A stretch of DNA of 64,000 bases. Source: Camelus ferus. Lineage: Eukaryota. The stretch covers positions 15,564,001-15,628,000 of the forward strand of contig NC_045696.1 in NCBI RefSeq assembly GCF_009834535.1, given 5' to 3'. The notes under the pieces were generated by a model. The model was not told where the DNA came from. It worked only from the letters and a program-made list of their open reading frames with translations, and made no database searches. Positions 37,866 through 50,475 of the stretch are shown here, in pieces. The translations under genes were made by a program, and so were the position numbers. Numbering within the stretch: the stretch's first letter is position 1; the number at the start of each line of letters is the position of its first letter.

Positions 37866-39069
37866 CTCTTCTATGCTCACTTTGAAGCACTGAGTGTTTA
37901 GGAGGTTTACAGCCACAAGGAAATTAATTCTGCCAACAACCTGAGTGAGCTTCAGGTGGCTCCTTCCCCATTTGAACCTCCAAATGAGAGCCCAGCCCTG
38001 GCTAACACCTTGATTGCAGCCTTGCCGAGGACCTGGCTAAGCATGCCTGTGCTCCAGACCCATCAAAGCTGTGACAGAAAATAGATGTGTGTTGTAAGCA
38101 ACTAAGTTTGTGGTAAATCATTGCACAACAGAGAAAAAATGCAGAATATAATCTATTATAAATAAATTTTCTTTAAGGTATCCCCCTCTCCATTCTAGAA
38201 ATGATCTTAATATTCTGTTTATCAAAGTTGAATATTTATTGGTCTCATATGACCTATAGTATATCATTAGCACAACCAGTGCAATTCTTTTGTCAGTTTT
38301 GCTGGTCCTAAAATATAATCATAATGTTCTCCTATGGTTCTCAACAGTAATATTAATAAAATCCATGCATCAGTGCTTGATTATGAATTTCCTATTTTTC
38401 TCAACTGCAACGTGGACCAAAAAATGAGGAAAATACACATAAGGGGGCACAGAATTCAACCCAGTGATTGGAAATGCTTTCTCATCTTCGTGTCTGTAAT
38501 CAGAGAGCTGAACCAGATGAGCCCTACATATCTATTCTCTGGGATTCTGACTACTTGGATAAACATTTGACTCATATCATCCTGCTCCCAGGAAAATAAT
38601 TCTTAAAGTCAATGCCAGGCAAGCACAATATACAATACTGCATATTCTCTGTGTGTCAAAAGGGTGGATTAAGGCCAGTGGTGCTGTAGAAACTTGTGAC
38701 GCTGTTGTGCAGACACACACCACCATTCTTGGGAAATGCTCCTCAGAGAACCATGGCTCAGCAGAGCTCCTTGAGGTATTTTGAAGTCTTATGTCATTGC
38801 CCCATACGCCAAGCCTGCCAAATGATAACATTAGATTACCTTGCTGATAAAAGATGCGGATCTTCTTTAGCTGCTATGATTCTGAAGCTCTGGGCACATA
38901 TCTGCACATTCCCTTGCTGACTTTCATAACTCTAGATAAGTCTAATCTAGGAGCGTGTTTATGCATTCAACCCACAGCTGGGTTCTGTTTTTGCTTTTGA
39001 AATAGAATTTGTCTGTGAGTCTGCCTTTCTTCCTTAAGTATTCGCCAAAATAGGAGTAGGTTGACCTCC

Positions 39070-42000
39070 TCCAGTCTGTGTTTAACCAGGCTGACTCGTT
39101 CATGACCAGGAAGCAAATAAAAACAGCCTATGGGCACTGCAACCCTTTCACAGCCATCACTGAGGGGCCTGCTCACTTTATCCTAACCATGCACACCTTT
39201 GTCCCTCCAGATCAGAGATTCACAAGGATATGGCTGGCGCCCCAGCAACATCTACCTCAGTGGGGGATACTGACATTGAACTGGGCTCCACCTTTCCAGT
39301 GGAAACTGATCCAGGAGTGAGCGAGGCCACGTGACAACATGTAACCATTAGAGACAAGGTGGCCGTAGTTACTGTGGTTAGCAGAATAGCCATAGTGGTA
39401 ACACAAGGTTTTAAACTCAAGGATCTGTGGCAGTGGTTAAATTAATTACGAATCCTTAAAACTGAATTGGATGGAAAGTATAATAAAGTAAGGCTCTGCT
39501 TTACCTAAGTAACTGAAATATAAAACCTCTAGATCTACTGAATAGGGATCAGCTTTGAATCATAATCATAAAGTGGCCGAGCTCATTACCCAGTTTCCAG
39601 ATTATGCATATAGCAAACCTAGAGACCCTTGAATAAAGAGAAACAGGAGTATCCTCGATAGGCCTGGGCCCCGGCCGTGCTGTGTACTATCATGCTTCCT
39701 CCTGGCCTTTCCCAAGGAGACCTGCAGCTCTGTATGAGGGTGAATATTCACTGGCAAAGGGAATGCTAGACCTTTTGGTGATTATTAGACCTAAGTTAAT
39801 GCCAATCTCTATCTACCCAGGCACCATGATGGGCCACCAATTAGAGTTGGAATTTACGGGTATTTTGACCCAAGTCCACTTTAAAGTGGGGCCAGGAGTT
39901 CCATGAATTTGTTCACTGCATCCCACAAGATGAAGAACCCAGATCCTACATGCACAGTGAAAAATAAAATCCTTAGATGCCACCAGCTCCCTGAAACATA
40001 GAGCAAGACCCATCATTGTGGGGAAGCTCACGGAATTCTGTTCCTCCCCACAGGATGACTAAACCAAAAACAATACTACATTCTTCAGCGGCCTAAGAGA
40101 TGAAGCCGTGGTCATTTCTATACCACATCCTCATCTAACTTGACTGGATGTCGTGGGCAGTTGGCAGATGTGACTTGGGCCATGAAATTAGATTTACCTT
40201 AAATAAAAATGGATGGTGGCTTAAACTGTAATTGGAGCCCAGATTTTGTCCTTTAACTGTAATAATTCAGCACAGCTGCTGTGCAATGATTGTTTCTCTG
40301 TATCTATCAGCAATGGTCACCAAAGCAATTTCTTTTCATTTGTCAGTGGCAGCGATGTACCCTCACTACTCTGGTTAGGACTACATCAGTTTTCTGACCC
40401 TTTGTTATTATTTATTTCACAAGGACCTTGACTGTCTCATCATCCTGCAGAAAATGGACTGGTTTACTCTGTTGATGAGAGAAGGCCAACAGTACGTGGT
40501 GAGCTAGAAGTAGCAGGCATCCTTGGCTCCCTGATTAGCCAAATATAAGGTAGGGTAGAATTTCACACAAAAATCAGAAGTCTGCCACTTCAAGGAAGTT
40601 TTAGAAGGTTCAGGGGGCTTGGGAGGATAGAAATATACCAATACAAGGTGAACTAGAATTTATTCTATCTGTTACCCCTTTCCTCCAAGAAAAATGCATG
40701 ATGCTTTTTATGCTTCTTTGGATTGTAGAGGCAAGTAATTTTGGGCGAGCTGTTTTGATCCATTTACCAAACATCCTGTGGTTATGGCAGCTCTGAATGT
40801 GGTGACAGATCAGGAAAAGACTCTCCAGCTGGGCCAGGCTAGAGTACAAGCTGCTTTACCATTTGGGTTTCATAACCAGGCAGATAAAATAGTGTTCGAG
40901 GCATCTGTGACAGCTTGGGAGTCTCAGTGGAGCCGGTGACAGACCTGGACAGGAGAATCGCAGTGCACAGGAAGAAGAGCCCTATGGATTTTGGAAAATC
41001 CACATTCTTTTCTGCAAACAAATATACTCTCTCTCCTTTTCTAAAACAGCCCCTGCCTCACTGCTGAGTCCTTGAGAGACTGAATTCCTGACAATGAGCT
41101 ATTATGTGACCAGGAGATCTGGGCTGCCCGTCATGAACTGGCTCTTATCTGATCCTCCAAGTCATAAAATTGAAGGGGGATAAGGCAGTACTCCATCACC
41201 AAAGAGAACAGTTAATCACAACACCAGGATAAAGCAGATTTTGAAGGCACAAGTAATTTTTACAAGCAGCGTGCTCAGACTTCCAGAGCTCCTGTGTCTG
41301 CCGCTGTACCATGTCTCCCTCAGTCCACATTTATGGCTTAATCGTGAGCTCTCTGTGACCAACTGATAGAGGGAAAAAAAAAAAACTGAGCATGGTTTAT
41401 GAATAGTTCAAAACAAAGAAGACAGGGAGTGCTGTGGGAGCACAGATATCCTGGGGGAGGGAGGGTGGGCAGAACAAACTTTCGTCTGGTTGTATACGTC
41501 GCATGAAAGGAAAGGTGGTCAGAATGATGTATCTATACTGACCCGTGGGCAATAAAAAATGGCTGTATAGTTAGGGACTTGGAAGGAAGGAATGACTCTA
41601 TTTGTTACAAAAATATCTGAGACATAATTGGGGATGAATTTTTAAGAGTATGAGCAAAAGAGAATAATTGTATCCCGTGTAAATGCTCCCCAGAGGGCAC
41701 TGACTGCACGGGACCTTCTTGATGAAGTGTTGCACAGATGCTCTGTTCCGTCGGTGTCATTAGTTCCTTTCCCAAGCCAGCCAGTGCCTGTCTGATGGGC
41801 TCACGCACAAAGTAGCAATGAGGCCAGAGCCCAAGTTTGTGCAAGGGCACAAGGATGTGAGCTTCTCCTTCAGAAAGGAGACCTAACCACCACCAGTTCT
41901 GATTGTCTCCATGGCCAATCACAGACACCAAGGTTGATTTTCAAAATTGGCACCATAACAAAATGGGAACAGCTAGTTGACTGGTGGAAGCTTAATTATA

Positions 42001-42270
42001 TTGGATCTCTTCCATTATGGAAAGGGCTTCAGTTTGATCTCACATTAACAGAGACTCATCCTGGATGTGGATTTGCCTTCCCCACTCACTATGCTCCTTT
42101 CACTGCCGCCATCTGTTGACTTAGTCAATGCCTCATTCATCATCGTGTTGGCTCAGCGCACCTACTAACGCTCTTGATCAACATTCTTTTTATGGTGAAA
42201 GGATCAAGTCAGTGAACTTATACTTGTGGGGTTCATGTACCCATCACCCAGAAGCACCAGTCTGGAATGA
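39070..42270 (+). mobile_element. Decayed ERVL-class internal region (gag end, pro, pol, integrase)
   Basis: ORF 41934-42119 WWKLNYIGSLPLWKGLQFDLTLTETHPGCGFAFP resembles ERVL integrase WWQVDYIGPLP..KGQRFVLTGIDTYSGYGFAFP. Gag-end-like agagacaaggtgg at about 39350, protease-like region at about 39750, and cccatcacccagaagca (HHPEA) at about 42240. All frames disrupted. Confidence 0.85.
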
Positions 42271-43819
42271 GACTGAATGACACTGTAGCACTCAATACTA
42301 AAATACATACAAAGTCACTCTAATAATATAAATTCTAGCTCTTTGGGATGCCAAGCAATTTCCTCCCATCATCAAGCTCTAAAACAGGCATTTAAAAGTT
42401 AAAATCTTCCTCTTCTAGATTAAAGCATAAAGATGTTAAAATCCAAAAGACTCAAAATTCAAAATTAAAATCTTTTTAGTGTCACAGGTGAAATTTTAGA
42501 CTTCCAATTTTTCAATTTAAAGACAAATGATCATTCTCTCAGATTTCTTATTTTCCTCAGTTTCAGAGAGAGTGGTTCCTTTAGCCTGAGTGGTGGTGAA
42601 GCACTGTCAGCAGACTGGGCTCTTCCTCACTGCATTGTGTGCAGTCTTTTCCAGCGCCTCACAGCCTGGATTAATTTAAAGCCAGATACTCCATAAGGCT
42701 TGTTTACAAAGGGTTTAAAGATCTAGTAAGACACACAAGGTTATCTCAGCACTAACCTCACACCAGCAATGTTTAGAAAACAAGCCGTCACTAGCCAGCT
42801 GTTCAGTTAACATCTCAGCCAAACTTATCTTCCTGGGACCCAGTACTTGTGTTGTCAAAACCCACAGCAGACATACAGAACGTCAGAGAAGAGGAGAAAC
42901 CACATTGCCTTCAGCCACAACAGGGTGTCAGTTGGTCAGTTTTGTGTCGTTCTGTGTACATTTGGCATGTTAGGGGGAAAAACTTCTTGTGCATGTTGCT
43001 CCTTTTTCAGAGTCAAATTTGATCCATTGCTCCCTTTTGGCCAAGAATAGAAATTTGCGATAGTGGGCATCTGTGTTACCAGCTCCATCTTTTCTCCTGA
43101 GCACAAATTCTCAGTCCTGGGCCCTTTGTGACTCTACCGTCTCTTGATAGGAAATCGCTTAGGTCAGAAGTGTGACTCCTGAGGAAGGTTTCCTCTTCAC
43201 GTGCATTGCTCAAGCCTGAGTTCACTCCACACCGTGTAGCGGGCGGCTAGAGCCATGGACAAGCCAGGTAAATTCAAGGCTAGTGGAGGGACACAGTTTC
43301 CTCCTTGGTGAGTAACACAACTCCAGAATTTGGAGTAGTGGATGGACTACTGTCTACCCAGGCCTGACCTAACAATACAAAGTTTGCCATTACTCTATAG
43401 CACATTGAAACTGTGTCATGAAATTTTAAAGGTTCGTATTTTAGTCTGCCTAATAATGTCTAAAAGGCTTATAAAATCTTTTTTACCTACAATCATATTC
43501 ATGCCAAAGCTGTGCCTGTAGAATGAGTTAGGCAACCAGCAGCTGCACTTTGAAACAAATCTTACCCGCTAGAGGTTCATCTTACTGTTCCCAGACCTTG
43601 TGGAGTGGAGCCCACCTGAGCATCTCACAAAGTTCATCTTTGCTCTCCAGGTCATTTGCTTCTTTGCTGAGTCTTGATCTTTGCCTGAATCCCAGCCGCT
43701 ATAGAAAGAGCCACTTTATTGTTTTCTTTACACACACACACACACACACTCACATCAACACCATCAACAACTTGCAGAATTCAAAGCAGCATCTCTACCT
43801 TCTAAATTACTAAATAAAA

Positions 43820-44200
43820 TAACAATAAATAAGATAGTTTCCATAAAAAAGCAAAAATGGAGAAAAACATCAAGAGAAAATCAAACAAAATGAAGCATAA
43901 AACAAAATAATAAAACCAAGAAGTATACAAAAAAAAATAGTAGAAGTAAGATCAACCACACTGTTTTGACAGTGAATTTGATTGTGAAATATATCACCCA
44001 CTAAACAGAGTCAACTTTGAGAATTAAATTAAATGCTTTTTAAAGTAATAGTCATTAAAAATTACATACATAATTTAAAATTAAATATTTTGTCTGGCAT
44101 TATTAGTTTTAGTTTTGCTTTCCTTTGTTAGTGTTTTCTTGATAGAGATTTTGCTTTTTTTCTACAACCACTGTATTTATTTTTAATGAGAGTTGTTAAA
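43820..44200. mobile_element. Old L1M fragments near the ORF2 start, apparently in both orientations
   Basis: A-rich segment with an endonuclease-start-like sequence (43930-44030), followed by a T-rich antisense-like segment. Confidence 0.4.
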
Positions 44201-44641
44201 ATATTACATTTGGCTAGACATTCCTGAAAATACATTTATGCATTGCTATGGTACCAGAAACATGTACACGTGGACATTAATTCAACACGATGCTTCAAAT
44301 TTCATCCACGTTGATGACTCTTTAGCACAGATATTATCAGAACAAGTTTTAAGAGCATGAAATCAAGAGAGCCAGAAGCCAGACTGGAAGGGGCCCACGA
44401 GGACTGCATCCCCTAATTCTGACTGAACCTCTCACTCATCTTGATCAGACATAAACCCATTATTTTAAATGTCAACTTTTTTTGCCCTGATTGCTGTTTG
44501 ACGCCAGGTTCTGCCCTAAATTCTTGGTTTCTTAGTCCTGATGCCTCCAACGAGCTCAGTTATTTTAGCAGCTCACCACAGATTGACACTTTCCTGACAC
44601 CGAGGGGAGAAGAGCAGTGGCCGGTCATCAGCAACTCTGTC

Positions 44642-44955
44642 TAGCTGGTCCCTGACTTACGATGGTTCAACTTATGATTTTCAACTTGATGATGATCCAA
44701 AAGGGACGCACATTCTGTAGAACCTACTTCAAAGTTTGAAGTTTGATGTTTTCCCAGGTTAGCGATACATGGTATGAACCTCTTTCATTATGGTGGGAAG
44801 AAACACTGAGCCACACGACCATGAGGGTAAAACAACTGCTACTCTTAGGAATATTCTGGAGCCTGTGGTTGGGCAGAATCATCTAACATCAAGCTACTTT
44901 AATATAAAGCATTGGCTATTACATGTAATTTATTAAATACCATGTTGAAACTGAT
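44642..44955. mobile_element. TcMar-Tigger relic (MER47/Tigger5-like)
   Basis: TIR-like tagctggtccctgacttacgatggttcaactta at the left end; gttgggcagaatcatctaaca...catgtaatttattaaatac downstream. Confidence 0.75.
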
Positions 44956-45197
44956 TTGGCTTTTGAAGTTACAAATCTTTAAAGCAAAGAATCATTTAAT
45001 ATGAAAAATTAAATCTATAATGAATAATCTTTTATGTACCAAGTAATGGAACATGACAACGTGATATGCAGATAGCACTAGTAGATAAAGAATTCTTGGT
45101 TTGCCTAGAACATTCATGGGAAAGCTTCCCTTACCTATTCTAATTTGTATAATTTATTAAAATTTGTAGAAAAAATATCATATGTATAGAAAACAAC

Positions 45198-45746
45198 AGT
45201 GCTTAGTTTTATGTGCCAATTTGACTGTGCCGTGGGGTACCCAGATATTTGGTTAAATGTTATTATGGGTGTGTCTGATGACATTAACATTAGAATCAGT
45301 TGGCTGAACAAAGCAGATTGCTCTCCCCAAAGTGAGCAGGTCTCAGTCAATCCTCTGACGACATGAATAGGAAAAGAAAAAGCCTGACTAAGGAAGAATC
45401 CACTTTCTCTGCCTGCCCGTCTTTGAGCTGGGATGTCAGTCTTCTCCTGCCTGCAGACTTGGATCTGAACTTGAATATATACCACTGACCATCATGGTTC
45501 TCCAGCCCCCCGACTCAGACTGGAATTGTATCATTGGTCCCACTGGGTGTCCAGCAGCTATTGGGACTTGTCAGACTCCATCATCCTCTGAGTGGTATAT
45601 CTATACTTTCTGTTTTATTAAAATCACATTGTTTATTAGAAGTGCATATATTTATTCAAATATATACCATATATGTTATATATATATAGGAGATCGAAAT
45701 AGAGGTGTCTCCTATTGGTTCTGTTTGTCTGGAGAACCCTAATACC
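45198..45746 (+). mobile_element. MLT2 (MLT2D-like) solo LTR
   Basis: ttttatgtgccaatttgactg...cccagatatttggttaaa...aaagcagattgctctcccca...tcctattggttctgtttgtctggagaaccctaatac. Confidence 0.9.
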
Positions 45747-45879
45747 AAGGCACAAATAAAATAGGATATGTGTATTTTGAGGAAAAGTAATAATACAAAA
45801 TCTTTACACCTTCTACCCAGAACAAGTACCTGAATATTACCATACCATAGTGGCCCCTTATTTTTCTCTCCCAAAAACT

Positions 45880-46030
45880 TTTAACTGCCCAGGCTGGGCA
45901 GTGACACACGTCACTTCTATTCATGGCTTATTGATCAGAACTAATCACGTGGCTCTTATCTAAATGAAGGAATGGGGGACATGTGGGGAGGACACGGATA
46001 CCTGGTGAATCTCAATGTTTCCTACCACAC
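45880..46030 (-). mobile_element. Old MLT1 fragment
   Basis: cgtcacttctattcat...attgatcagaactaatcacgtggc...ctaccaca. Confidence 0.55.
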
Positions 46031-46255
46031 CACCACTATCAAATGTCAAAAGGAATCCCTACATGGGTGTGTTTTTGAGTTCCTTATTTGTTTTATTGGT
46101 CTGTATGTCTGTCCCTGTTCCATGACTATTACCACAGCTTTAAAATAATTCCACATATTTGGCAAAACATGTCTTTTCAATGTGTTATTCTTCAAGATTG
46201 TCTTGGCTATTCACAGACCTTCGCAGATTCACATATATATCATCAGCTGGACAAG

Positions 46256-46680
46256 TGTTATGGGCTGAATGTTTGTGCCCCCCTAAAAATTCATACGTTG
46301 AAGCCCTAAGCCCCAATGTAATGACATTAAGAGGTGGGACTCTGAGAGGTAATTAGGTTTTGATGAGGTCATGAGGGCAGGGTCCTCATGATGAGGTTAG
46401 TGGCCTTATAAGAGACTCAAGAGTGCACTTTCTGTTTCTCTTTTGTCTCTCTCTCTTTCTCTCTCTCCCCACCCCCTCATGTCTCCCCCCACCCCCAGCA
46501 GACCTACGAGGACAACAAGAAGATGAGTGTGTGCAAGCCAGGAAAAGGGCTTTCCCCAGGAACTGAATTGGCCGGCACCTTGATCTTGGACTTCTCAGCA
46601 CCCAGAACTGTGAGAGATGTCTATTATTTAAACCACCCAATCTATGGTATTATTTTTTTATAATAGGCCAAGCTAAGATA
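46256..46680 (+). mobile_element. MLT1A-like MaLR LTR
   Basis: tgttatgggctgaatgtttgtgcccccc...aattcatacgttgaagccctaa...gcaccttgatcttggacttc...tttaaaccacccaatctatggtatt. Confidence 0.9.
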
Positions 46681-46883
46681 ATAATTTCCACAAAATACGT
46701 TGCTAGGGTTTGGATTTGAGTAAATTGAGTCAACAAATCATTCTGAGGAGAGCTGAGGTTTGTGGTAATAATGACTTGTATAGTCCACAAATACAATAAA
46801 CTCATTTACTTATTTTAATAAGTTTTATAACTTTCTCCATAGAGATTTTGCATATATTTGTTAGCATTTTATTGGCTATTTTA

Positions 46884-47016
46884 TTGATTTTTTGAGGGGA
46901 ATAATTAGATTTATGTCTTTACTTATGTATTTTTTTTTTAACGGAGGCCCTGGGGATTGAACCAGGACCTCATGCATGCTAAGCATGCAATCTATCATTG
47001 AGCTATACCCTTCCCC
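46884..47016 (-). mobile_element. tRNA-derived SINE, camelid Vic-type
   Basis: Reverse complement GGGGAAGGGTATAGCTCAATGATAGA...GCTTAGCATGCATGAGGTCCTGGTTCAATCCCCAG...A-rich tail...CTAATTATTCCCCTCAAAAAA, with A/B-box-like motifs. TSD tgg[c/t]tatttta at 46873-46883 / 47017-47027. Confidence 0.85.
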
Positions 47017-48199
47017 TGGTTATTTTAATTTTACTTGTATTTAATGTTATTTAATGGATGCAATATACATTCATATGATACAAAAGTCAAAATGATAGAA
47101 AAAGGTATACCCTAGAAAAAGGTATATCCTGAGAATTCTTTCACCCATCCTGTGCACCTCTACTTTCTATAGGTAACTACTTTTATTATTTTCTTGTGTG
47201 TTCTTTCAATATTACTTTATTCAATTATAAAGAAGCACAATGCATGTATTCTTAATTCTCCCCTTTCTTGAACAAAAATGTATATACTCTTAGGCACCCT
47301 GTTTTTTTCACTTAGCAATATACCCTGGACATAATGACCGGGGAGCATCTTCATTCTTTTCAATAATATAATTATAATTCCATTATTGAGGCACATGTCC
47401 AAGATTTTACTATTACGAACAATGTTATAATGTCATTTGGAAAGGATAAACAGGCATACAGGATAGCCTTTCGGAGGCAAAAATGCTGGGTCGATTTTAA
47501 TTAACTTTTTTTCCACATAAAAGATTTTTATTTTAATGTACTCTAACTTAATTAATTTGTTGCCACTGGATTTTAAGACTTAGTTTAAAAGACCTTTCAC
47601 TTTGACATCATAAATGAGTGATCTCATAATTTTTCAGACTTTTCTGTTTTCCTGTTTAAATGTTTAAGTATTTGATTCTTTTGCAGTTTATTTAGGTATA
47701 AGAAATAGAGTATGAATACCTATGTTTTCTGTCCTGTGACAGTTGGCATTTTTTTTAGGATTATGTTGCACTGGTTTGTGAAGAGTAATTTCAAACTGAA
47801 GCGGTATGAGCTACCACTCTTGTTCTGTTGTTGATCTTAAGGACTACTTTAAACATATCACCATTAACTATGACATTTTCTAAATAATACGTCATAGATG
47901 CCATTTTTGAGGTTGAGACGTTATCTTCTATTTCTAATATCATTTTGTTTTATCTTTAAGCCATGAATTGGTGTTAAATTTGATCAGACAATTCCTCTGC
48001 ATCTATTAAGATAATCATATGCATTTGAAGTCAATCGGAGGTCATTTTATTAGTAGCATTTCATCAGGAGCATATCTTTTAATTGAATGACTGAAAATTC
48101 ATGAACTAAGCATCTCTCCTAAATGTTAGAAAAATAAGGGAGCAGAAATTAACAGTCCCCAAATACATCAAATATTGTAAAGATTAACAATGGCAGGTG

Positions 48200-49920
48200 T
48201 GTTCTTTTTTTATTATCACTTACATAATAAGAAATATGTGCAAAATGCTGCTGCAAAACACAAGCAAAAATATAAAAGAGAAATTTAGAGATAAGGAGAA
48301 GGAACATAATATTGTATACATGGAACAGAAAAAAAGCAAAATTTAAAGAAAGAACTCCTAGAAATTCAAAAAATATGATGACAAGAATAAAAAGAAATCA
48401 GAAAAAGATTGAATAGTCAAGTAGAGGAAATTTTCCTTAAGATAAAGCATAAAAAGAAGCAGGTACAAAATTGTAAAGGAAAATTAAGAAAAATGAGATG
48501 ATCAGTCCAGGAAGTCAAATGTCCACTTGAAGACAAGGAGAAGAGGGGAAAAAGATCTTAGAAAACACTATGAGAAAACTCTTCAGAACTGAAGGTCATG
48601 GAACTCTAGATTTAAAGGGCTCATCAAAATAGTCAAGCACTGTTTTCCATACTGTTTTTAAAGAATCTCCAGCCTGGAGAAAAACTAAAAACTATAAATA
48701 GACTTACCATATGAACCAGCCATCCCACTCCTGGGCATATGTCCAGAGAAAACTCTAATTGGAAAAGATACATGCACCCCAATGTTCATAGCAGCACTAT
48801 ATACACTAGCCAAGACATGGAAGCCACCTAAATGTCCATTGACAGATGATTGGATAAATAAGTTATGAGATATATATACATATATATATATATGTGTGTG
48901 TGTATATATACATACACATATACACACACACAATATATGTAATATATTATATAATATAATAAAAATTATATAAGTAATTATATATTAAACATATATTACT
49001 TATATATAATATAATATTATATTACATATAGTAAATATATATTATATTACACATGTATTATATACATATATAATATACATATAATGGAATACCACTCAGC
49101 CATAACAAAGAATGAAATAATGCCATTTGCAGCAATACAGATGGACCTAGAGATCTTCATACTAAGTGAAATAAGCCAGAAAAAAAGAAAAATATCATAC
49201 GATATTATTTATATATGGAATCTAAAAAAAATGACACAAATGAACTTATTTATAAAACAGAAAGAGACTCACAGACATAGAAAACAAATTTTTGGCTATC
49301 GAGGGGGAAGGCAGGGTGGAGGGATAAATTGGGAGTCAGGATTTGCAAATACCAACTACCATATATAAAATAGGTAAACAATAAGGTCCTACTGTACAGC
49401 ACAGGGAACGACATTCAATATCTTGCAGTAGCCTATAATGAAAAAGAATATGAAAAAGAATATATGTATGTATAACTGAATCACTATGCTGTACACCAGA
49501 AATTAACACAACACTATAAACCAACTGTACTTCAATTTAAAAAAGCCAAACACAATAACTGAAAGAGTAATCTCACCAAAGCATAAAATTGTGAAATTTC
49601 AGAAGACTAGAGATGAAGCTTACATGCAAAGGATGAGAACTCATGATGACATGGGACTTCTGGACAGCAACATTGAGAGCTGGAAGCAATAGCATGATAC
49701 TTGTCAAATTCTACACAAAATGTCTTTCAAATTAAATTTAATAACCCATCAAACTACCAGGCATAAAGCCATTTTCAGAAGCACAAAACATTTTTTAAAA
49801 ATCACTTTATTCGTTCCCTTCTCTGCATTCTCTTTCAAGAAGCTATGGGAAGATCTGAACCAGCCAAACGAAAGAGTAAAACTAGGAAAGAGAAAAAGGT
49901 GGGCTTCATGAAATAGGTAA
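48200..49920 (+). mobile_element. Old L1M ORF1 remnant, split by a younger L1
   Basis: agatttaaagggctcatc...[insert]...caccaaagcataaaattgtgaaatttcagaa rejoins an ORF1-like motif across the insertion. Confidence 0.65.
48641..49538 (+). mobile_element. Younger L1 (ORF2 C-terminus plus 3' UTR) with a rearranged 5' junction and an AT-rich expansion
   Basis: atagacttaccatatgaaccagccatcccactcctggg; ORF 49084 MEYHSAITKNEIMPFAAIQMDLEIFILSEISQK. TSD aaaa[t/a]ag[t/c]caa[g/a]cac at 48626-48640 / 49539-49553. AT-rich low-complexity tract at about 48870-49083. Confidence 0.9.
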
Positions 49921-50432
49921 TCTTACATAGGAAAGTGGGGAAGGGAGTGCTCCAGTTGATGTGTGTGCTTGTTATTTATCATTGGACATTAACATTGTTC
50001 CCAATTTTGGTCAAATATTAAGAATTATACACCGATCTCTTTTATGTGTAATTTTATATAAATTATTAGAAACAGAACCATTCTGTGCAAAAACTCTTGC
50101 TATGTATGGTCTAATTGCTTAGTGTCTTCTGATGATAGTTTCCAACTTCTGGGTGGAATGATGGAGGTTGTCCACTTTCTCTTTGAATATTCTAAATGCA
50201 CCTGAAATTGATGGCTCAGTGGAAGAAGATAAACTTCTGGATAAAGTGGTATAATTTTGGCAAGAAGAACACAGGAAGCTATATGTCTAAGCAAGACTCT
50301 TTCTACCAGCTCTTCAGGTTTGTCCAATGATAATCTCAAGAGCAAGGGGGACCCACAGTTCCCATCCCTTATTTCAGTCCACTTGTTCTTTTCATATGTT
50401 TTACTCTATGATTGAGAATGCACTCCCATTGT

Positions 50433-50435
<3 letters not shown>

Positions 50436-50474
<39 letters not shown>
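50436..50474. repeat. (AC)n microsatellite, about 19 units
   Basis: Read directly from the sequence. Confidence 0.95.

Positions 50475-50475
<1 letters not shown>

Larger units (their letters stand above)
37160..38143 (+). mobile_element. MaLR LTR (MLT1E-like), interrupted by MLT2
   Basis: ctggtgttcacaccc...gacttgcttccagtcaatagagtgtggcacaggtgatgggatgtcac; aattctgccaacaacctgagtgagctt; taagcaactaagtttgtggtaa. Confidence 0.8.
46050..48050 (-). mobile_element. Old L1M fragments hosting younger insertions
   Basis: Antisense L1 motifs ttcttcaagattgtcttggctatt, ttttttcacttagcaatata, cctctgcatctattaagataatcatatg. Confidence 0.65.

Noticed and set aside
46943..47016. tRNA-Ala-like gene
   Set aside because: It has a SINE tail and TSD, and the arms are degenerate; it is the SINE head.
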